Source: Cenococcum geophilum (taxonomy: Eukaryota). Taken from it: a DNA stretch of 64,000 bases. Under the pieces are notes generated by a model. The model saw only the letters and a list, made by a program, of their open reading frames with translations, was not told the DNA's origin and did not search any database. The position numbers and the translations under genes are program-made. Positions 1-11,655 of the stretch are shown here, in pieces; the stretch's first letter is position 1; every line of letters starts with the position of its first letter. The stretch spans positions 31,558,001 through 31,622,000 of the forward strand of contig CP158635.1 in NCBI GenBank assembly GCA_050273025.1. Direction: 5' to 3'.

Positions 1-675
1 GATAAGACACTTAATCGCCTACCCTAATATATTAATACTTACTATTGCCTAGCTATTCCTAAATTATATATAAAAACTCTACAGACTCCCTAAAACGATT
101 ATCTCCAATAAAGGTAGCTAGTTTATCTCTATATTTAAAAAAAATAACTACCTAACTCCATATCAAAGTACTATTATTTATAGTATATTACCTAAAAGTG
201 GATAGTTAAACGGAATATATAAATACTATAATAAAATAGTATATTCGGATATATATATTATATTTATAAAATAACTAGATTAACTAGCTTATATTTGCTA
301 AGTTTACTATAAATAATTCTATTTTAGAAACTATAAAGGTCTCTCTATTTCTAGTTAACTACGGCTAGTATTTATAAATAGGTTTTAAACCCTTTAGTAA
401 TATTCCTCGCCTCGCTTATTACGTCTTCTAAGTTATAAAAGTAAATAAATTTATAGAGAAAATAGAGGAACTATAACAGTTTTTTATTAATAAAATAATA
501 TAGGCCTAATCTGTTTATAAAGCCGCAGCGAGTAAGAAATAAACGCTAGTACTAGCTTACTAAATTAGTAACTTTGTCTGGCTAGATATAAGAAATCTAA
601 ATATAAAATAACCTACTAAAAAACTTAATTAGAAGAACGCTGGCCCTTATAGGGTTATAAAAGTTATTTCCTTTT
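1..675 (+). mobile_element. Gypsy element C, integrase region (RIP-degraded, begins before the window, interrupted by B)
   Basis: De-RIP translation gives integrase-like 'YHPxxDGQTE', 'DDWVDWL..AEFA.NNS' and 'KKLDWKNAGPYRVIKVIS'. The reading resumes after TSD ctttt at 15916. Confidence 0.8.
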
Positions 676-1095
676 TATAATAAAGCCTTATAGCAGGAAC
701 TACGGTGGACTTATTAATAGGCTAGGTATATAGGTAAACAAGAAGTCAATAACGTAATAATAACTAGTGGAGTGGTTGCCTAATAGATTAACTCTAATTA
801 TATTCTAAGATTTACTATAAAGAAGAGAAACTATTTATAGAGACCGTACGTCCTTAAATATATAACTCCTCCCTATAGTAAAGAGTTTAGTACATTAGTA
901 TGTTAATATATTAGTACGTCGCGTTTCTATATTCCTATATTCCCATATTCTAAACTTATAACATAACTAGTTATATAACTTAGCTACCCCTTATTTTATA
1001 GCTTAATTAGTTTTAGCGCCTTCTATACTATCTTAACTAACCCGTTTATATCTTTTCTTAATAGTTATACTACTGCTAATATAAGGTCTGTAATA
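676..1095 (-). repeat. 3' LTR of element B
   Basis: Direct repeat of 15491-15910 with RIP-altered TG..CA ends. Confidence 0.93.
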
Positions 1096-1203
1096 CTATC
1101 CCCCTTCTCTTTATTTTTGTCCTTAAAGATATCTCCTATCTCTAAGTCGTCTATTAAAGGTATAGCATTCTCATCTTTAATTTAATAACCTTTATTATTC
1201 CTA

Positions 1204-1860
1204 ATACCTTCTATTAGATCTTTTACGTCTAATTATTATAACTAGCTAGTAACGTTTATTCTATTACTTAGTAAAGTTATACTATCCTATTATTATTATG
1301 CGAAGAAGAAGTTAGTATATATTATAATTGCAGCTCTATCTAGTTACTAACCTTCTTTCTATACTAAGTGTACGTAAGCAAACATATAATCGTCCTATAA
1401 TATTTAATCCATCTTTAATGCTAAGTATACGCGTTTTATTATTTTCTATAACTGTTTAGTTCCTTATTTAATCTGCTTTAGGGTTATATATTAATAGCGG
1501 CCGAAAAACTAGAGAGTAAGCTAGCTAAGGCCCTTATTAAGGTTTAGCGTTATTTTAATAAGGCGTCTTAGGCTCTAAAAGCTTAATTAAATACTTATAC
1601 TCGCTTAAGCCATCTAATAAAGGTGCGTAAAAAGGTACGCTTAAAAGAGCTTTGCTTAGTGGAGTAAGGTCTATCTAAATTAAAGGCTAAGGAGGCTAAA
1701 AAGGGTTCCGTTTAAGAAGAGGCGGAAATAGCTTATATGCTAGTAGTAGATCCCTTAGATAATCTAGCTCGTCTATTACCTTTAACTAATCCTTTTATCT
1801 TAGGCTCCTTCTTAATATTACTTAACCTATTTTCTTTTAATACTCCTATACCTTTCCTAT
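1204..1860 (+). pseudogene. Antisense accessory ORF of B: Zn2Cys6-like Cys motif plus coiled-coil, probable intron
   Basis: De-RIP reading 'MPS..LSLGEVMPSCxxCAEKKLVC..PSSCAECTxANMxSSCDV.SV.DAE', then '..KVRKKVR.KE..LVEQGL.EL'. Homologous to the A copies. Confidence 0.6.
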
Positions 1861-3675
1861 AACATTTTTTAAATTCTATAGTAGTTTCTAGGTAGTTTTA
1901 TTATAGCCTATCTACTTAACCTTATACTATATTTTGTTGTTAATATCTTTATAACTAATAATCTTTAAAACTTGCTATTTATCTTCCTCTTATCCTCTAT
2001 ACATATCTTCTTTATAAATTAGTGACTTAATATTCCTATATACTAGCTCTAGTATTATAATATACTATATAGGGTAGATCTTTATCTTAGCTAATAGGTT
2101 TAACTTAAATATAACTACTAAAATCCTCTATATAATTTTAAAAGGTCCTAGTCTAATATAGTTTAACTTCTTACTTAGTTGTTAACTCTTAAAAATCCCA
2201 TATAGTAGCTATACTTTATCTCCTTCCTTAAAATCTAGTCCCTTAGATCTCTTAGCGTTATAGTACCTTTTTATTCTTTCTTATACCTTTTTTACTAATT
2301 TTATAAGGTCTATATAAAGATTTATTAATATCTTTATTCTTTCTTTAGCTATGCTACTTATTTTCTTTACTTATTATAGTAATAATAATTTTTTTAGCTT
2401 CTATCCATAATTTGCCTTAAATAGTAATATACTTATTCCTTTTTATAGTGTTATATTATATATAAACTATATAACTAGTAATAATAATACCTAATTATTC
2501 TATATATAATTAAAATAATGTTTTAAATACTGTTCTAGTATCTAATTTAATCTTTCTATTAAACCGTCCGTCTATAGATAATATACAGTAGAAGTTACTG
2601 CTTTAACTCCTTATTCTGCTAAGAATATCTTCTAAAATACTATTATAAATTTTAGATCTCTATCTAATATAATTTTACTTAGTACTCTATGTTTTATAAA
2701 CACTTCTTTAATATAGGTTTTAGTAATATCTTCTACTAAGATTTCTTCTATATATGCTATAAAGTAGCCCTACTTAATTAACTTATCTACTATTACTAAG
2801 ATTATATTATACTCCTATCTAGTAATAGGATCTCTTAACTTTAGTAACTTAATAATAAAGTTCTATAATATAACCTCCTATAGTCTCTCTGGTATTTTAA
2901 TAGGTTATAGCCCTTTATATAGCTTATACCTTATTAGTTTATTTTTTTTAGTAATTTAGATACTTTTTTATTACTTTTTTAGCTATACCCTAGATTCTAT
3001 TAATAATATATTCTTCCTAAAGTCTTAATATTAAGCCCGTTGCTCTATTATATCCTTAAGTTATTCCCAATAGAAATCTTCTATAAAATACTCTGCTATG
3101 CTTTTTAGGATATATTTCGCTTCTTAATTTTTATATATATCTATCTATAGATCTTCTAGCTATACTTTTAGAATTCTTTATACCTAAAAGCTTTCTAGTA
3201 TCTTGTAGACTTTTTCTAGTTTATTATCCTCTTAAGTTGCTACTAGCTTAGGGTAATTATATCTAATTAATCTATTCTTATTTCTGTGTAGTATTACTCT
3301 TAATAGTTTCTTATTATTCTATAGTTTAGCCTTTCTACTAAGTGCGCCTACCCTTATATTTTTAGTTCCCTTAGTATACTAGATTTTAAAATAGTATTCT
3401 ATAAGCATCTCTACCTATCTAACTTATCTTTAATTAAGTTCTTTTATTATTAGGAACCCTATTAGGTTCTTATAATCTATTTTAATTATAAATAGTTTCT
3501 TTATATCTTATAAGAACGCTTTCTATTTTTAAGTACTATAACTATACCTAATAACTCCTTATTATAGATGTTATAGTTTAACTCTAGTAGTATTATCTTC
3601 TAACTATAGTATGCTATTAGATACTATGCGTCCTTATACTTTTATAGTAAATATACTCCTAGTATAAAGTCTAAT
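1790..3675 (-). pseudogene. pol: B pol 3' part (RNase H, integrase, chromodomain)
   Basis: Reverse-complement homolog of A1 ~8630-10510. Confidence 0.85.
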
Positions 3676-4099
3676 TGTTACAGACGCTTTAAGTACGATG
3701 TTATGACTACTTGGAGAAGAGACGGAAGAAGCTAGTTAGTTAATATAAGCACGGTCCAGGATGGAGCCGATAGAACCATATAATGAGGAATGGTAACTAA
3801 GGTCACATAATATAATCTATATAATCTATATAATCTATATAATTTATAATAGAGTAAATAAAGCATATATATATTACATACAAGAAGGATTTTATAGGAG
3901 TACGGTTGTGTATTTAAGGACCCTCGGTCCCTACCTAGATAGTTCCTTCCTTATAGTAATTCTTAGAATATAATTAGAGTTAATCTATTAGGCAACCACT
4001 CCACCAGTTATTATTATATTGTTAACTTTAACTTATATTACCTATACACCTAGCCTAATAACGAGCCTATTATAGTTTCTACTATAAGGTTCTGTTACA
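3676..4099 (+). repeat. 5' LTR of A1
   Basis: tgttac...gttaca; repeated at 11227-11650; contains a 10-bp tandem (ctatataat-like) array. Confidence 0.95.
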
Positions 4100-4144
4100 T
4101 AATTACTACCTAGTTATAGTATTAAATATAGAAAGTCGAACAAC

Positions 4145-7115
4145 ATGCCACTAAAAGCAGCCACTATAACGCCATTAACAGCAGCAACTATATTAAGGTT
4201 AGGTAACAATACTAGTATAGTAAACACTAACTTATAGCAACCTATAACGGTTAAACAGCTATAAGAGATAGTTGACTAGTTAATAGAAAATAATATAACA
4301 TTGGAAAATAGGATTAACGGGATAGGCGCAGCAAAGGTTAAGTTACCATTAATTAAAAGATACTTAGGTAAGAGATTAAAGCTTAAAGGATTCCTTATAT
4401 AAATACACTTTAAGATAATACAGGAAGAAGCAAAGCTAGTAATACCTATAGATTAAATAGTATACGCAGGATTATTCTTAATAGGAAGAGCACTTAAGTG
4501 GTTTAAGCCTTACCTTATAGAAATCTAGGTAAACGGAATAATAACTACAAACTAAAAGGTACGGTTTATATTCTTAAGCTAAAATAGATTTGTAAAGCGA
4601 CTTATATAAATGTTTAGAGACCTAAAAGTAGTAACTACGGCAAAAAAAAAACTCTAAAACATTACGTAACAAACCTTAGTAATTAAGTATATAATATAGT
4701 TCCAGACATTAGCAACATAAGTTAAGTAGAATAATAGGGCGCTTATGGCATAGTATAAATAAGGACTTAAGGCTAAAGTCTAGGACGTAATTATCCTAAT
4801 AGAAGATGTGGATACCCTAAGGGAACTAATAGATTAAGTGATTAAGATTAACAATTGGATCTACTAAAGGGAATAGGCTAAGAGAGGTTAGGATAGAGTT
4901 CTATAGTTATATAAGGCGCAAAGTACGTAATAATAAAAGCTAAGTTAGAAACTATGGTATAGCGCGGAGCTAATAGACCTAAGTAGTACTAGAGAAGCCT
5001 ATAAGAGATAGAGTAAGTAACTATAGAAACCTAGGGAATAAGGATTAAGTAATTAAAGGTTTAAGGAGTAAAGGCCGAATTAGGGATCTTAATAGCAGAA
5101 GATATTTAGGCGGACTTTATAGCAAGAAAAATGGTTTAAAGAAGGAGCTTATATAAATTATAGAAAATAGGGTTATTATATTAGAGACTATAGAAGTAGG
5201 CAGAGTCACTATATAGTAAAAGGTATGAGACTAGTAGACGATATATACGTATAGAGGGACGATAATATACTGTAAGGAACAAAAGAATATTTAATTAAAA
5301 GTTTTATATTTTGTTATAATAACGTATACCAAATTTATAAGGACGCTAAGTATAGCGTAAGCTATTAGCTATAAGAGCTAGCACCTATAGAATATAGAGG
5401 AACTAATAAACTAGTTTATAGATTAGATATTAAGGACGATAAATTTAATATAGGCGAAACATTCTATAACAATAAGGTAATAAGAGTGGGTTACTAGGAA
5501 CACGTAGCCATTAGAGATATTATACTAGAGGTAAAGGATAATTCCACTATAGAATAGGGAACATTAGTAGGGATTAAAACCCCACTAGATATGATATCTA
5601 TCGCTTTATAAAACGTAAGAGAAGTAGGATAGTAAACCACTTCGGCACTTAATAAAGGCAAAAGGCCAAAGGCTTAAGATTCTTAAGATAAGATAAAAGA
5701 CGACTAAGATTCTTAAGACGAGATAAGGTAAGCTTAAGGACCTATAACGGACGAAAACCGATAGAGTAGAGTAGTAGCTTAGTTTAAAGATATACAAATA
5801 AGCTTAGGATGGAGATTTCTATAGGTACAAGATTCTTAAGATAAGATGAGTAAGATTTAAGACTCTTAAGATAAGATAAGAACACTAAGTAAGCCTAGTT
5901 AGACTAAGGCTAGAGCTAAGCTTAAGTTAGAAGCAAGCTTAGGATTAAAGAATCTATAGGGTTAAGAATTTGGGGTATAAATTAGAACACCTATAAATAA
6001 AAGGCAAAGAGCTTCTTTATAGATTAGAGAATCTATAGCATAAATAGTAATTAGACTGGGAGACAAATATATAAACCTAGAAGATTTACTAGTAGAATAT
6101 AGTATTTAGACTAAAGATTAAAAAGTTAATACCAAGATTAAGAAGTATAAAGACTTTAAGGATCTAAGCGCAAGACGTAAACTAAAGGAAACTATAAAAG
6201 AATTTAGGTAAAGAATTATCGCATAGCAAGAATAGAAACTAGATAAGAAATTTAGTATATTAGGATATATAAAGGATAGAGCGCTAGTATAAAGAATTAC
6301 TAATAGGCTTAGGGCAGGTACACTAAGAGCTAAGTAGCTTACTAAACTAGAAAATAAAAAGGATCTAAGAATCCTAATTAGGTTTAAAGAATAATATATA
6401 AAGGGCTGTTACGATATAGTAATAAGAAGATACTTCCTTATAGATAAGCTATATATACTCTAGTAGCTATACCAAAAGTAGTATAGGCAAAGGCACAATA
6501 ATAAGTGGGAAAATTTCTATATATAGTTAGATAAGAAAGTTATCTAGGACCACCTAATTACGGAAAAGGCTATAACTTATATTAAAGGAGCCTTAATTAT
6601 AACGTTAAAGGATCTAAAGAAACGATTAGAGGACTAAAGAAGTAAGAGACGTATCTTAGTACCTGTAAATAAAGTTATAACGTTTAGATTAGCATAATAA
6701 AGGTTTAAACTTAGGGATAAAAATAAGCTAAGAGTTAACCTAAAGCACCTAGCACACTATACGTTATTATGGATTATATATATAGACGATATATATAAGA
6801 TATATAAGAATCTAAAAGAAAAGAATTGGAAATACCTTATAAGGATATACTAGATAATAGATAAGCAATAGTATAGGAATACTAAATATATATATAGATA
6901 GCATTTAGCAGAAGTCTAAGAGGAAGGGAATTTAATACTTTAACCAGGAAGATTCCTTACGGAAGAATACTTAGATAGATAATAGTAGTAGGAATACTTA
7001 GAGAATATATATCTATAGTATATTAAAGATAAAAAGCGAACTAGGTATTAGCTAAAGAGTGAGCTAAGTATAATAGGATTAAGCAGCTAATAGTTAGGAA
7101 AAGTAGAGGCCTATA
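4145..7115 (+). pseudogene. gag: A1 gag with long C-terminal extension
   Basis: ATG near 4145 (MPxKAAT..), capsid-like 'LTGRALxWFxPY', RIP-degraded CCHC knuckle near 5150, and three C-x4-C-x2-H motifs. Confidence 0.75.
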
Positions 7116-7149
7116 GGACTAGAGGGAGCTAGTAATAGAGCCTTAGACC

Positions 7150-10100
7150 CTTAAAGGAATTTAAGAATAATACCTAAATTTACGAGTTAAATGGCAAGAT
7201 TAATAGTTTAAGGCATTAATAAATAGTGGAGTAATAAGGAACTATATCTCGCTAGTAGTAGTTAAAAAAAATAGGACTACCTTATAGATAAAAGGAGAAA
7301 CCTTACCTATTAGTTATAATTTTAGGAGATCTAATAGCCTATAGAGGAGGGATTATTAACCTAGAAATAGGACCTATTTAGTTAACCATTAAAGGGAGAT
7401 AAATTAAGATGTCTTTTAATATCCTATTATTAGGACAGGATAAGGTAGTATTAAAGATGCCTTAGTTATAGAAATATAATCTAAAGATTAATTAGATTAT
7501 AGGTTAGGTTAATATTAGAGATACTTAACGCCGTAAAATGTAATAATAAGCTAAGTTAGTATAGTACTAAGTTAGAGTGATATATAAAGAGACTAAGCGA
7601 GGCTTAAGTTATATACTAAAGAGATACTATAAGTATAGTAAGAAACTATAGTTACCGGAAAGTAAGAAGCTATTAGAATATATAGTATGGGACTATAAGA
7701 TAGAGTTAGAACTAGGAATAAATCTAAAGTTCTTTCTAATCTATAAGCTTACTAAAGAAGAAGGTAGAGCATTAAAAGAGTTTATCTAGGAAAATCTATA
7801 AAAGGGATATATTAGACTATTGTAGTTATTAGCGGGATATCTAGTACTATTTATACTAAAGAAGAATAGTAAACTAAGGCTATATATTAACTATAGACAG
7901 TTAAATAGTATTACTAAAAAGGATAGGTATTCTTTACCCTTAATTAGTAAAATTTAAGATAGGATAGGTAATGCGCAAATCTTTATAAAGATAGATCTAA
8001 GATAGGCGTACTATTAGATTAGAATTAAGGAAGGTAATAAATAAAAGGCAGCCTTTAGGTTAAAGGAAGAACTATATAAACTATTAGTTATATAATTCGG
8101 GCTTATAAACGCACTAGTAATATTCTAAAAGCGTATTAATAATATATTAGGAGAATACTTAGATAAATTTGTTATAGTATATCTTAATAATATTATTATC
8201 TACTTAATAACTAAGGAAGAATACGGGGAATATATTAAATGGGTTTTAAAGAGACTATAAGAAGAATAGATGCTAGTAGCAATTAAAAAATATAAGTTCT
8301 TTACTAGGAAGACCGATTTTATTAGATTTATTATTAAACTAGGCTAACTTAGTATAGATTTAAAAAAGATTAAGGCTATAGTGAATTAGTAAGAACTAGA
8401 GAACGTTACGCAGTTAAGATTATTTTTAGGATTTTATAATTACTATAGAAGGTTTATAGCGCAGTGGTTAAAGGATATTAAGCCATTAACGCGATTAATA
8501 AAGAAAGAAGAATTATAGGCATAGGGAGAGGAATAAAAGGAACTCTTTAGGAAAATTAAAAAGTTATTTACCTAGGAGCTAGTTCTTAAGATCTATTAAC
8601 TAGGACTAGAGATGGTTGTAGAAATAAATGTATTAGACTATATACTAGGGGCGTACTTTATATAGAGATATTAAGATAAATAGCACCTAGTGGTATACTA
8701 TAGTTAGAAGATAATATTACTAGAGTTAAACTATAATATCTATAATAAGGAGTTATTAGGTATAGTTATAGCACTAAAGAAATAGAGAGCATTCTTATAA
8801 GGTATAAAGAAACTATTTATAGTTAAGATAGATTATAAGAACCTAATAGGATTCCTAATAACAAAGGAACTTAACTAAAGATAGGTTAGATGGGTAGAGA
8901 TACTTATAAAATACTATTTTAAGATTTAGTATACTAAGGGTACAGATAATATATGGGTAGATACTCTAAGCTATAAAGCTAAACTATAAAGTAATAAAAA
9001 GCTATTAGGGGCTTTACTGCGAAAAGATATAGACGGATTAATTAGGTACAATTATCCAAAAATTGTAGTAACTTAAGAGAGTAATAAACTAGAGAAAGTC
9101 TACGAGATACTAAAAAGCTTTTAGGTATAAAGAATTCTAGAAATATAGCTAAAAGATCTATGGACGGATATATATAAAAACTAAGAAGTAAAGTATATCC
9201 TAAGAAGCATAGTAGAGTAATTTATAGAAGAATTCTATAAAGGATTGGCTTAAGGATATAACGGGGCTATAGGCTTAGTATTAAGACTCTAAGAGGAGTA
9301 TATTATTAATAGAATTTAAAAAATAGCTAGGAAGGTTATAAAGGAATATCTAAATTACTAAAGGAATAAACTAGCGAGGTATAAGCTATATAGAGGGCTA
9401 TAACCTATTAAAACACTAGAGAGACTATAGGAGGTTATATTATAGGACTTTATTATTAAGTTACTAAAGTTAAAAGATCCTATTACCGGATAAGATTATA
9501 ATATAATCTTAGTAATAGTAGATAAGCTTATAAAGTGGGGATACTTTATAATATGTATAGAAGAAATCTTAGCGGAAGATATCGCTAGAATTTATATTAA
9601 AGAAGTATTTATAAGATATAAACTACTAAGCAAGATTATATTAGATAGAGATTTAAGATTTATAGTAGTATTTTAGGAAGTGTTCTTAGCAGAGCAAGGA
9701 GTTTAAGTAGTAACTTTTACTATATATTATTTGCAGATAGACGGTTAGATAGAAAGATTAAATTAGATATTAGAGTAGTATCTAAGGCATTATATTAATT
9801 ATGTATAGAATAATTAGGTATTACTATTACTAGTTATATAGTTTGTATATAATATAACACCTTAAAAAGGAATAGGTGTATTACTATTTAAGGCAAATTA
9901 TAGATATAAGCTAAGAATATCGTTATTACTATAGTAAGTAAAGAAAATAAGTAGTACAGCTAAAGAAAGAATAAAGACGTTAATAAATCTTTATATAAAC
10001 CTTATAGAATTAGTAAAGAAAGTATAAGAGAGAATAAAAAGGTATTATAATACTAAGAAATCTAAGGGACTAGATCTTAAGGAGGGAGATAAAGTATAGC

Positions 10101-10513
10101 TACTATATAAAAATTTTAAGAGTTAATAACTAAGTAAGAAGTTAGACTATATTAGACTAGGACCTTTCGAAATTATATAAAGGATTTTACTAGTTACGTT
10201 TAAGTTAAACCTACCAGCTAAAATAAAGATTTACCCTATATAGTATATCGTAATACTAGAGCTAGCACATAGAAATATTAAGCTACTAGTTTATAAAGTA
10301 GACATATATAAAGGACAAAAAGAAGATAAATAGTAAGTTTTAAAGATTATTAGTTATAAGGATATTAACGATAAAATATAGTATAAGGTTAAGTAGATAG
10401 GCTATATTAAGACTATCTAGGAGCTATTAGAGAATTTAAAGAACGCTATAGGAAAGGTATAGGAGTATTAGGAGAGATTAGGTCAGATAGTATTAATAAT
10501 GAAGGATTACTAA
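7150..10513 (+). pseudogene. pol: A1 pol (protease-RT-RNase H-integrase-chromodomain)
   Basis: De-RIP 'ALIDSGA', 'LCIDYRQLN', 'FGLTNAP', 'YLDDIII', 'YDKELL', 'DFIIKLP', 'DGQTERLN', 'YxVKWxGY..xTWEP'. Confidence 0.9.
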
Positions 10514-11118
10514 AGAATAAGTTACCTAAGGGGGACCTAAGAAAAGTAGTTGCTAAACTACTTAGATCTATTTCCTTCTCTATTAGAGGAGAATCCGTTT
10601 TTTTATCGCTAAGTTCCTATAGACCTTATTCTATAAGTTTCTATTCCTTAAAACGCACCTTCTTATATACCTTCTTAAGACGAATTAACTAAGCGGACGC
10701 CGTAAAACGAGACTTAAGAGCCCGTTGCTAAGCATTGGTAGCCTTCCGTTTAGCGTCTTAAGAACGGCGCAATTTAGTAAAAGCAATAGACAGTTTATTA
10801 TCTAGCCGCGTAGTAGTAGATTAAATATAAGACCCTAAAATAAATTAATTAAGGAACTAGACGACTATTAAGAGTAATAAGTCGCGTATATTTAGTATTA
10901 GAGATAGAGCGAACGTTATAGGATGAATAAATATTTGCTTTAGTGCACTCTAAGTAAGAGGATAGTTATTGCGAAGATGGGTTCGCTAACGTAATATAAA
11001 CTAACCCTTCTTTTAAGCAGCGAGAATATGGAGATAATATAATCTTACTAAGAGATAATATTATAGCGATAGTGCGAATGTGACGAGCAGTTAAGGAAGA
11101 AGAAATTGCTTTAGGTAT
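10450..11118 (-). pseudogene. Antisense accessory ORF of A1 (Zn2Cys6-like plus coiled-coil, 55-nt putative intron)
   Basis: Reverse complement of A2 36563-37230; supplies the 'tct cgc tgc' (S-R-C) codons for the consensus. Confidence 0.62.
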
Positions 11119-11226
11119 AATAAGTAATAATATTAACTAAATTAATTAGACGGATATTATACCTCTAGTAAACGACTTAGAGATATTTTAAATCTTTAAG
11201 GATAAAGATAAAAAGGAGGGAGATAG

Positions 11227-11650
11227 TATTACGGACGCTTTAAGTATAATGTTATAACTATTTAGAGAAGAGACGAAAGAAGCTAGTTAGTTAATATAAG
11301 CATAGTTTAGGATAAAGCCGATAGAACTATATAACGAGGAATAATAACTAAGGTTATATAATATGATCTATATAATCTATATAATCTATATAATCTATAA
11401 TAAAGTAGATAAAGTATACGTATATTACGTATAAGAAGGATTTTATAGGAGTATAGTTGTGTATTTAAGGACCCTCGGTCCCTACCTAGATAGTTCCTTC
11501 CTTATAGTAATTCTTAGAATATAATTAGAGTTAATCTATTGGGCAACTACTCTACTAGTTGTTATTACGTTATTAACTTTAACTTATATTACCTATATAC
11601 CTAGCCTAATAACGAGCCTATTGTAGTTCCTACTATAAGGTTCCGTTACA
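11227..11650 (+). repeat. 3' LTR of A1
   Basis: Direct repeat of 3676-4099. Confidence 0.95.
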
Positions 11651-11655
11651 CTAAT

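Larger units (their letters stand above)
3676..11650 (+). mobile_element. Ty3/Gypsy chromovirus-like LTR retrotransposon A, copy 1 (full length, RIPped)
   Basis: 424-bp LTRs at 3676-4099 and 11227-11650. TSD ctaat at 3671-3675 and 11651-11655. PPT aaaggagggaga before the 3' LTR. Confidence 0.95.
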
